Shown here one piece after another: positions 1 through 11,069 of a stretch of 35,579 nt of DNA. Both the position numbers and the translations under genes were made by a program. The notes beneath the pieces were generated by a model, which made no database searches, was not told the DNA's origin, and was given only the letters and a program-made list of their open reading frames with translations. The stretch comes from Kipferlia bialata. Its lineage: Eukaryota. Each line of letters starts with the position of its first letter. The stretch's first letter is position 1. Location: assembly GCA_003568945.1 (NCBI GenBank), contig BDIP01000057.1, positions 1 to 35,579 on the forward strand, read 5' to 3'.

Positions 1-18
1 TCTAGACCCTTATATCAG

Positions 19-3000
19 GATCAAGACCTCCAAGTGCAGCAGGATCTCCAACATCATGTTTGAGCTGCCCAAGGACTTCAACTCATTCAGTGCAGGTATA
101 TATATATATATATTATATTATATTCCACTATACACATGTATATATATATATTTATATATGTGTGTCGGTTTGAGCTGCCCAAGGACTTCAACTCATTCAG
201 TGCAGGTATTCATATGCATGTATACACTATATATATATGAATGTGTGTATGTGTATTTGTATATACTTCCACTCATCCCAGGCCTGTGGCTCAAGGTCCA
301 GAACTACCTCCAGCTGGACAACGAGGTGGGTATCACATATTATATATATTTATTGGTATGTTCATATTAGCCTTCACATACACATGGATAATAGGTCCAG
401 AAGTACCTCCAGCTGGACAACGAGGTGTGTAGCACGTATTATATATATATTGGTATTATGATTTTCTTATGTGTCATACCAAAGCCTTCCGCATTTACTG
501 TGGTGTTCCCCCATAACTATTCCTTCCTTCCACGTCCGTCCATTCTTCTCCCTTGTCTCACCGGACGTGTTATCCCTTTTCAATGTTGTATTTGATTTCT
601 CATATATATATTCGTAATCTCTCTAACCCCAGGGCAGAGAGGCCCGAGACGAAATACTCTATTGTGCATATGTATATTACATCTCTAGTATATTCATATT
701 ATATACATATTGTATACAAGTATGTATCTTCTCTCTGACCCCAGGGTAGAGAGGCCCGTGACGGGGACGACGATGAGGATGGTGAGTAGTACGCTATACT
801 ATATATATACATCAATAGATGGATACTATGAATAAGTATATAGGGATATATATATATATACATATATTTGTGACGGGGACGACGAAGAGGATGGTGAGTA
901 CATGGTAATAGTATCCCATATTGAGCCATTTACTCCTTTTAATGTGACATAGATTCACTCTCACTCAGAATCTATCTCTCTCTAATTATATTCTGTATAT
1001 TATTATTATTAGTATTACTACTTCACATATACCTGACCCCCAGACAAGCACCGTGACTCTCTCTCTCTCCCCCTATCTCTCTCTCTATATATACATATAC
1101 TGTTATGTATGTACCTGTACTGTATATATATACTATCTTACTATCAGACAAGCACCGTGACAGAGAGCTGCCCCACATCACAAGGGAGTTCTTCTTCCAG
1201 GTGTGTGTCTCTCTCTCTCTCTCTCTCCCTCTACACCCTTATTCTGTAGAACCACATCACAAGGGAGTTCTTCTTCCAGGTATCCCTCTCTCTCTCTATG
1301 TCTCTCTCTCTCTTTCTACACCTTTAGATTATCGAACCACGTCAGTAAAGAGTCATTCTTCCAGGTACATATATGTATAGATGTACAATATCTCCCATAT
1401 TCCACGGAACTCATCATCCGACATTTGTCTCTCTTTCTTTCTCTCTCTCTCTCCCTCTACACCCTTAATCCATCTCTCTCTCTTTTAGTTCTCTCTCCCT
1501 CTACACCCTTNCTACACCCTTAATCCATCTCTCTCTCTTTTAGTTCTCTCTCCCTCTACACCCTTAATGCATAGAACACTGTCATCCAACAGCTATCTCT
1601 CTCTCTCTCTCTACACCCTTATTAACTAGACCACTGTCATCCAACATTAATCTCTTTTATACTTATCCCACCATATACTCCCCTAATACCCAGAACAATG
1701 TTATCCACTGCATCTCTCTGTCTCTCTCTCTCTCTCTTCCTCTACACCCTTAATGCATAGAACACTGTCATCCCCTGCATCTCCCTCTCCCTCTACACCC
1801 TTAATGCATATATATATATATCTCTCTCCCCCTCTACACCCTTAATGCATAGAACACTGTCATCCACTGCATCTCTCTCTCTCTCTCTCTCTCTACACCC
1901 TTAATGCATAGAACACTGTCATCCACTGCAGTCAGAGGAGGCGCTACCTGCTGTTCTCATGTCCCAACAGCCAGTTTGATAGGTATAACATATACATTAT
2001 ACATACTATATAGGTGTATTGTATATATATAGTGTATATATAGTGTATATATGGTGTATATGTATTGGTATATACCTGCTGTTCTCTTATGTCCCAACAG
2101 CCAGTTTGACACAGGTATTCTCTTTACAATATTCACTGTATAATAAATCATGTAGATATATGGTTATAGGTATGCTGATACTGATACTGATAATTGATAG
2201 AATATATTATTCTCTAATTGATATGTGATGTAGCTCAATGTGTATAATCCCTCTAACCCTCAGGTTCTGGACGCAGAGGGTGGACAACGAAATACCTTAT
2301 CTGTATAGTATATATGGTGATTGCAGAATCGCAATATGGTTGTGTTTTGTGTATATATTGTATAGTAACCGTCAGGTTCTGGACCCAGAGGGTGGACAAC
2401 CGCAAGCTGGTGTTCTGGAGACTAGGTAGAGACTGTATGTATACTGTCTAGGCATCCCCGAGTTCGTGAGGGAGAGCTGTTTCCATGAATCACATACATA
2501 TAAGACATATATTCACTATTCATATAGGTATATATATATGTATCAATATTGTAGTATTCATATAATTATATGTACATACCTCACCCTAGGCATCCCCGAG
2601 TTTCTGAGGGAGACATATGTCCAACACTTCCTATCCCATTCATATATATATCATATATGTCCATGTATCATATATATGTCTGATATATATAATATATGTC
2701 ATGTATACGTCATTCATGGTATCTATATAGATATCTGACTAGTTAGGCATCCCCGAGTTCTTGAGGGAGAGCTATGTCCTGCACCCCGAGATGTCACAGC
2801 AGTTCCAGGTATATACTATATATGTATTATATATAATATCTATATATGTATATAATATACTACATATAGTATAGTATATATATAGTTGGAAATATATATA
2901 GTATATGTCCTGCACCCCGAGATGTCACAGCAGTTCCAGGTATGTATCGGTATTATATAGTGCATTATATTATATATACATATATATATATATATATGTA

Positions 3001-3750
3001 TACTATAGTATATATATATAGTATATAGTATATGTCCTGCACCCCGAGATGTCACAGCAGTTCCAGGTATAGATATATATCTATATATATATATATATAT
3101 GCACCCACTAATATGGATATGTATATATACCATACCATAATGTGTAGACCCACCACATATATATACCTTAATATACCTTAATATTGTATATATTCAATGC
3201 ATCACTACCCCCAGGGTGGCCAGTTCCCCATGCACCCACTAGTGAATATATGTATATGTATTATTACACACCACATATATACCTACGTAATGTGGTATTA
3301 TTATATATTATTGTATATATACCATAATAATATATATATATTTACTATCTCACCCTCCAGGGTGGCCAGTTCCCCATGCACCCTCCCCCTCCCATGCACC
3401 CACAGACGTTCCTACCAGGTCCCCCACACGTGGTACGTCAAACGTCAAACGTCAAACGTCAAATGGATATATATATATATATATACTTCCTACCAGGACC
3501 TCCACACGTGGTACGTCAATGAACTTCAAGTGATACATTGTTGTATCTCTCACTGTAGCAACTCTCTTTCTCTCTCTCTCTCTCTCTCTATCTAACAATA
3601 GCAGCAGGCTCTTGCCCGGATGGCTGCCCATGGACATATGCCCCCCCACCCACACCCCCACCCACACCCACACCCACATGGACATGGACACCCACACATG
3701 GTATATAGTATATATAGTATATATAGTATGTATAGTAAGTATAGTATATA

Positions 3751-3783
<33 letters not shown>

Positions 3784-6700
3784 CACATGGGCATGGACAT
3801 GGACACCCACACATGGACCCTCACATGGTGAGTATTATAATGCGATGATCGTATGCCATATACATATTAATAGTATATATACCCTACATATGGACATGGA
3901 CACCCTCACATGGACCCACATATGGTATGGATATATATAGTGTGTATATATATATATACATATACGTAGTATATGTGTACCCACATATGGTATGTGTATT
4001 AGTACCTATACACAATATATTTTCCATTGGAAGGATACACATACATATGTAGATCCATATACTGGTTTAGTGTATATACATAATATTATGTATACGTACT
4101 GATGTGTCTCATCTCCCCCCCAGTTCCATTGTGAGAAGATATATTTGCATGGACATATATATTAGTATGTCTGTGTATACTGTCTTGGTATACTGTGTTA
4201 GTATTCTATCCCACCCCCAGTATAGGTATATATATATATTTGTATTGTATACTAGTATAAAATACATATGTACATCTCTGTGTCTCACCCCCAGTTCCAC
4301 CATGGCCCTCATATCGTAAGATAATATGCATGTGTATACTAATATACATATATATATATATATAGTAATTGTATTATACATGTGTATCTCACCCCCAGTT
4401 CCACCATGGCCCACCTGGACACGGTCACGGACATGGTACGTATATTCATTATATATATAGATGTATACTACTTTTTATGAATAGTATATATAGATGCATA
4501 GACATATATTGGTGATGACCCACCTGGACACGGACACGGACATGGTACGTAACATATATATTCATATATAAGTATATATGTAGATAGGATGATAGATGTA
4601 GTTAATACTTATATATATACATGTCACCTGGACACGGGCACGGACATGGTACGTATATATATACTAATATATATATACACGCCAACCCAGACCCTGGACA
4701 TGGGCATGGTATGTAGGTGTATGTGTATTCGACAGACACACATATATTAGTATGTATCTATGTCTGTATATACCCTAACACATCAGACTCAGGCAGGGGC
4801 CACAGACACAAGCATAGATATCAAATTCTATGAATGTATACATATGTTAATTATTAGGGATGTATAGATATGTGTGTGTGTCTATATAGTGTTGTTATGC
4901 CCTTACCATCAGGCCCAGGCAGAGGCCACAGACATATATGTATATGTACATACATATGTGTATATTGTTTACTACTAACCTATATATACACACACACACA
5001 CATATATATACATATATACCCTAACCCATCATAGTGTTGATATACTTATACATACTTATATATACTTATATATATACTTATATATATATATGTACTTACT
5101 GTCAGGCCCAGGCAGAGGCCACAGACACATGTATGTCCAAGTGCATATATATTTGTATATATCCACACATTACTATATATGTAGGTAGGTATATACCCTA
5201 ACCCATCAGGCCCAGGCAGAGGACCTAGACATATATGTATATGTATATTCACCTTCTGTGTGGTATTTACTAACCTATCTACTTATATATGTGTATAGTA
5301 CTATGCCCTTACAATCAGGCCCAGGCAGAGGGCATAGACACAGGCCCAGGCAGATATATATATATATATACATATATACCCTAACCCATCATAGTGTTGT
5401 TATGTACTTACTATCAGGCCCAGGCAGAGGGCATAGACACAAGCACGGACACGGGATGGGGAGGGGGATGGGGAGAGAGGTATGAATATAAAGATGAAAA
5501 GTACATTCCCTCTCCACTATTCTTCTAGGCACAACATTGCATGATGGATCAGACATATATTTGTATACTGCTGTATAGTGTGTATATTTATATGTACCAA
5601 GTATACATGTACGCACATCCTATAGCCTTCTGTGCTACACCCTTTATCCATGCCTCTACACCCTTATATGACAGGCCCTGCAGTGCATGATGGAGCAGAC
5701 CCATGCCGCTGGTGTGCAAGAAGAGAGGGAGAGGTATTATTAATATGTATATATATATGTATATAGGCTATATGTATATTGGCTCTATGTATACATATAT
5801 AAACTATAGTATATACATTCATTATGCAAATATGAATATCAAGAGAGGGAGAGGTAATATATGTAAAGATATATACACATATATATATATATACGTATGT
5901 ATTGGACCATTGTATATACCTGACCCCCCAGACACCAGACTCTCTTCATTTGTTTCTCTCTCTCTCTCTATGTTTACACTCTCTCTGTCTATTCTATGTA
6001 TATATATGTGTGTTAGACTAATACATATATCTGACCCCCCAGACACCAGAGTACGATGCATGGGGACACAGACATGGTATCCAGGTATGTGCATGTATAT
6101 ATATATATGTGTGCGGTATATTATTAGAAACAGTATTCATTAGTGTATAAAATGATGTTTCTTATCCATAGATGTAGAGACAGCCAGTGCCCCAAGTGAG
6201 AAGGAGAGGGAGAGGGAGAGGGAGAGAGAGACTGAGTCCCGTGAGGAGAGTGATCTGCACCATGGCCTGTCGTCACTGGCTGAACTGGCATCCGAGATAG
6301 ACACGGGTGGGTTTATATATATGTATATATATATACTGAGAGAGCTGACTGTATCATACTCATTGTATACATAAACTACATATTGCTATTGCACTCATCG
6401 TCAGGTGCCAAGTCCTCGGCTAAGAATGACACTGGGGGAGAGAGGGAGAGACAGAGGGAGAGGGAGAGGGAGAGGGAGAATGTGCCTGATGGGGCAGTAG
6501 GTATGTATAGTGTAGATAGATGTATATATCTATACAACTATACAGTATATACACTCTAACAGTAGGCCAGACAGGAGACAGAGAGAGAGAGAGAGAGATG
6601 CATACTCACACCCATGATAGGGAGAGAGAGAGATCTGCAACATCGACAGAGAGAGAGCATGGGGGAGAGAGAGAGAGAGAGAGGAGCACATCGGATACTA

Positions 6701-6834
6701 GGGAGAGAGAGAGAGAGAGAGATGACAGAGAGTCATTGGAGGACAGGCAGAGGGCCTATAGAGAGCACTTCATGCACATGCACGGGAGGAGGTATACCTA
6801 TATGTGGATATCTATAGTTATGAACATATATATG

Positions 6835-6867
<33 letters not shown>

Positions 6868-7201
6868 GGGGGGCACTTCATGCACATGCTCGGGAGGAGG
6901 TGTATATCAATATGTACATACATACTGTGACCCCCATAAGAGTAACTGTATATCAGAGTTCCTTATTACAATGCCCTTATTCCAATAGCACTATTCTAAT
7001 TGCAGGATGCACATGAAGCGCCAGTATATATGCATATATATATATATTTATATTGCTTATTCTAATGGTCTTATTCTAATGACAGGATGCACATGAAGCG
7101 CCAGTACATGCAAGGGATGAAGGGTGCAGTCAACCCCAGCATGTTTGGCGGGGGGACAATACCAAGGCCAGGTATATATCTATAGATATATATACATATA
7201 T

Positions 7202-7241
<40 letters not shown>

Positions 7242-9282
7242 CTGTATCCTATACACAGAGACAGAGAGATTTATGATAATATGCTTACATGTATGTATCA
7301 ACCCCAGCATGTTTGGAGGGGGGACAATACCAAGGCCAGGTATATATATATACACAGATATATATATGTGTATATTTGTGGGGAGAGAGAGAGAGAAAGA
7401 CTTTGGTGAGTGGGGACAATACCCAGACCAGGTGATTGAGTTGTTTGCTAGAAATATACTTTGCTATATATATAAAGAGATTGATGTGAATGAGTTTATA
7501 TATGGCTACCCAAGCATGGTTGGAGGGGGGACAATACCCAGACCAGGTATATATATATATAGATATATACACACATATATATATACCTGTATCCTATACA
7601 CAGAGACAAAGAGATTTATGATAATATGCTTACATGTATGTATCAACCCAAGCGGGTTTGGAGGGGGGACAATACCCAGACCAGGTAGTGTAGTATATGT
7701 AAATGGTATATATATATATATAGAGAGAGAGAGATAGAGATTGAGAGATGACTCTTCCAGTATGATACCTCTCCCTCTAGCCCCTTATTCCTCTCTGGTT
7801 ACATAATGAGACTATTTTATATGTATCATCTCTCCTCTCTCTTTGCCCCATGTGTCTCTCTGGTTATGTAGCATTATTCTCTCCCTCCCTCTAGCCCCTT
7901 ATATCAGGCAGTTGTTTGCACCAGTGTGTTCTCTCTCTCCCCCTCTACACCCTTATATCAGGCGGCTGTATGCACGGTCATGGCCCAGGGCCATACGGGT
8001 TCCCATCAGGTGAGTGTATTTTCTATGTTCTCTCTCTCTCTCTCTCTCTATGTTACGTGTCATATCCACCTCTCTCTCTCTCTCTTTCTCTCCCTATAGA
8101 TAGGTATACTCTTACAGTCATTCCCCGAGTACTTCCGTGCCATATTCACCTTTCTCTCTCTCTCTCTATCTCCCTCTCTCTCTATATATATATGTATATA
8201 CATATTCTAACCCCCCAGTCCCCGAGTACTTCCGTGCCATATCTGTGATGCCCCCAGAGACACAAGTGGTGCATGTACGTGTGTATGTTTACCCACATGT
8301 TTACCCTAGGACATATACTAGTTTATTGACCTTGTATGTAATATATAAGTATACATATCTGATGTGCCATATCAGTGATGCCCCCAGAGACACAAGTGGT
8401 GCATATACGTGTATATATATATACATATGTATATATATATGTATGCACAGTCCTGTACACATTGTTGTGATGCCCCCAGAGACACAAGTGGTGCATGTAA
8501 GTATATATATATACATATACATACATACACCTATACTGTACACTACCATATTGGAATATACATACTTACATAATGATATATATATGCATATATATAGTAC
8601 ACCTCTGGCACAAAGTGTGGAGACTCTTAGATTACACATTTACTATTGCTATATTATATACTACAACAATTGCCATGTCCATATGTACCTGACCCCCCCC
8701 CCCCCAGGTCCCTACTATTATATATGTATGTGTGTGTGTATATATATAATGATGATATGGGATGTATATACTGTCCTGGCACAGGGTGTCAAACAATTAC
8801 ATTCTATCTTACTATTAAATAATTATTGTTACAAAAATATGAAAATTGTATTATTATTTTACACACATAGAATTAATGATTGTTCAATGTATACTATTAC
8901 AATGTATATACCTGATACCCAGGTGCCTGTCCCGTGGCACAAGGTGCCTGACGTACTGCACATGCTGCTGGAAGGTATACAGGGATATATATATATATAT
9001 ATATATATACTCCTATGCATATACTATAGATATACTATATATATATATGTACATATAGTATTATATATACAAGGTGCCTGATGTGCTGTACATGCTGCTG
9101 AAAGGTATGGATACAAGGATATAGTGCATACGTATATATACTTATATATATGATATACTGAAGACAAGCATACATACTGGTGTATGGAAGAATAGAGTGC
9201 CTGATACACACTATTATATATGTACATATAGTAATATATATACAAGGTGCCTGATGTGCTGCTGGAAGGTAACACCTATTTC

Positions 9283-9337
<55 letters not shown>

Positions 9338-10461
9338 CCCTACACCCTTAACACCCAGGCCTTGATGACATGAACCACATGATCAGTGATGTGCCCAGCA
9401 CAGACAGGTATATATACATATATATATGTTAATAGTTAAGATTCAGTATATACATACAATGTATAATATATATATAAATATATATGGTGTGTACTTATGA
9501 ATATATGAACCACATGATCAGTGATGTGCCCAGCACAGACATGGTATGATTGAGTATGGAGACAATATACATTAATATATATGAATATATATATATAGTG
9601 TATAATATGGTGTATACTATTATATTTGTATATATATAATGATGACTATTATGTTGGATATCACTTGTATGTATGTATTAGTCTTATCCCCCAGGTGCCC
9701 ACCCATCAATGCTGCCCAGAATGTCCACTGGCTCTCTCTCTCTCTCTCTCCCCCCCCCTCTCTCTCAATATATATACATATTCGCATACTCATTAACCCT
9801 AAGGGTTCCACCCCGCAATGCTGCCCAGAATGTCCACATGTACAGAGACGCCATTGACAGTGACAGGTACTGATACACTTTGCATATATACTATATATAT
9901 ATATATAGTATATATATATATAATGTATGTCCACATGTACAGAGACGCCATGGAGGGGGAGAGGTATAGAGGGTATATATTGTATCTACTCTATCTATTG
10001 TATATATATAGTATGTACTCATACCAGGTCCAGACCCATGTCCCAGCGACCCCCCTCTCATATGGGCACACCAGGCGACAGGGGTAGGGAGAGGGAGAGA
10101 GAGAGAGACATGCCCACAGCCACAGTGGCATCCCTGGAGACAGAGCAGCAGGTATATTGTTATATACATATACTATATACTATAGTGCCTATATACTATA
10201 TATAGTGGATATACTCAATACTGCCACAGTGGCATCACTAGAGACAGAGCAGCAGGTATTTATACTATATACATCCTCTACACCCCTAATGATTTTGCTC
10301 ATCTCACCCTTCAGGTCGAGAGGGAGAGAGAGAGAGAGAGAGTCCTCGCCCAGGAGAGAGAGGTCAGACGCGTGCCCCAGGGTGGGGAGAGAGAGAGAGA
10401 GAGAGACCAGGGGTATGGGCACGGTACTCCCGCCAAGAGAAGACCCTCTTTCACAGGATGA
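19..10461 (+). CDS. Gene 1: multi-exon hypothetical protein (5' end outside window), ~610 aa visible; globular-looking N-terminal part followed by His/Pro/Gly-rich and Glu/Arg-rich low-complexity regions
   Basis: Manual GT-AG exon chain: 19-95, 282-325, 745-781, 1148-1200, 1912-1982, 2376-2425, 2747-2808, 3361-3432, 3602-3700, 4399-4435, 5418-5479, 5675-5733, 6043-(6050 or 6084), 6172-6306, 6405-6500, 6566-6791, 7086-7171, 7962-8009, 8219-8268, 8923-8974, 9359-9407, 9804-9866, 10028-10151, 10315-10461 (TGA). It reads IKTSKCSRISNIMFELPKDFNSFSAGLWLKVQNYLQLDNEGREARDGDDDEDDKHRDRELPHITREFFFQNTVIHCSQRRRYLLFSCPNSQFDRFWTQRVDNRKLVFWRLGIPEFLRESYVLHPEMSQQFQGGQFPMHP...GYGHGTPAKRRPSFTG*. Phases agree at all junctions except around 5675-6172. 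No family recognised. Confidence 0.8.
168..900 (+). repeat. Intronic partial copies (echoes) of gene 1 exons 1-3 including splice sites
   Basis: 168-209 is identical to 58-99 (exon end + GTAT). 393-427 matches 294-328 with 1 mismatch. 623-651 copies the acceptor and start of exon 745. 870-900 copies the end of exon 745-781 + GTGAGTA. Confidence 0.95.
1033..1871 (+). repeat. Echo array around exons 1148-1200 and 1912-1982
   Basis: Acceptor echo at 1033-1057 and donor echoes at ~1252-1283 and ~1336-1367. Five acceptor echoes of (CTACACCCTTAATGCATAG)AACACTGTCATCC occur at ~1556, ~1625, ~1690, ~1743 and ~1834, separated by (CT)n tracts. Confidence 0.93.
2073..3237 (+). repeat. Echo array around exons 1912, 2376, 2747 and 3361
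   Basis: Donor echo at 2073-2117. Acceptor echoes at 2253-2288, 2449-2480, 2588-2622 and ~3206-3237. Two perfect donor echoes, TATGTCCTGCACCCCGAGATGTCACAGCAGTTCCAGGTAT, at ~2904-2943 and ~3031-3070. Confidence 0.95.
3436..3463 (+). repeat. Heptamer tandem repeat (CGTCAAA)x4 directly after a splice donor
   Basis: gtaCGTCAAACGTCAAACGTCAAACGTCAAAtgg follows exon 3361-3432. Confidence 0.9.
3781..5352 (+). repeat. Echo array around the His/Gly-rich exons 3602, 4399 and 5418
   Basis: Several GGACATGGACACCC...CATGGT copies at 3781-3995. CCCCCAG|TTCCA acceptor echoes at ~4113 and ~4285. CACCTGGACACGGNCACGGACATGGTACGTA donor echoes at ~4519 and ~4625, with a degenerate one at ~4693. Five TCAG|GCCCAGGCAGAGG-type acceptor echoes at ~4783, ~4909, ~5102, ~5206 and ~5314. 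Confidence 0.93.
6873..10259 (+). repeat. Echo arrays around the 3' exons of gene 1
   Basis: Donor echoes at ~6873; ~7297, ~7400, ~7508, ~7642 (GGGGACAATACCMAGRCCAGGT x4); ~8363, ~8466; ~9069, ~9243; ~9505; ~9928; ~10221. Acceptor echoes at ~6991, ~7892, ~8110 and ~9683. Confidence 0.93.
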
Positions 10462-10780
10462 AAGTTCTCTCCTGCACCCTTTTGCCACCCATGTTGTCGG
10501 GATGAGCAGAAACAATACCGTTCCAATTGTTTTCATGTATTTGTGTTCTCACTGTTGTGTTGTACAATAGACATTATTGAATGACGAGTGATGAATGATC
10601 AGAGTGAATTCTCTTGATTGTAATCGTGCTCTTTGTTTGCATAGTTACTAAATGTATGTTCCATGTGACTAATAAGGATATGCTTACGAATCTATTACTG
10701 TAATGCAGTAATCGAGAGAGAGATGAATGTGCTTGTATGTATATGTAATGAATATTTACATATGCAGAACAAAGAGAGAC

Positions 10781-11032
10781 CAAGTGGTCCAGTCCTGAGA
10801 TTTCTCTCTCTCTCTATCTCTCTCCCTCTACACCCTTAATCCAGGTCCCACTGTGTCCAGTCCCGAGACGCCTCGTTCTCTCTCTCTCTCTCTTCCTCTA
10901 CACCCTTAATCCAGGTCCCACTGTGTCCAGTCCTGAGAGGCACGCATCGACTGCTCAGCTGCTAGCTTCTGCTGCTTGGCACGGAGTCTCTCCATGGCAG
11001 CCTGAGATAAGGGGTACAGTACGAGTAGCGCA

Positions 11033-11069
<37 letters not shown>

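Noticed and set aside
1456..1566. Perfect ~55 bp tandem duplication around the N at 1511
   Set aside because: Identical copies directly flanking a single N are typical of an unmerged contig overlap. It is treated as an assembly artefact and not counted as an echo.
2773..3070. CRISPR-like look of ~30-40 bp repeats with variable spacers (also 4783-5440 and 7130-7686)
   Set aside because: The repeats are exon fragments with splice sites, the spacers are irregular TA microsatellite, the context is eukaryotic, and there are no cas genes.
56..10205. Many Y/I-rich ORFs in the ORF track, including 8137-9081 (314 aa)
   Set aside because: They are translations of (TA)n intron sequence. Only short embedded exon segments are coding.
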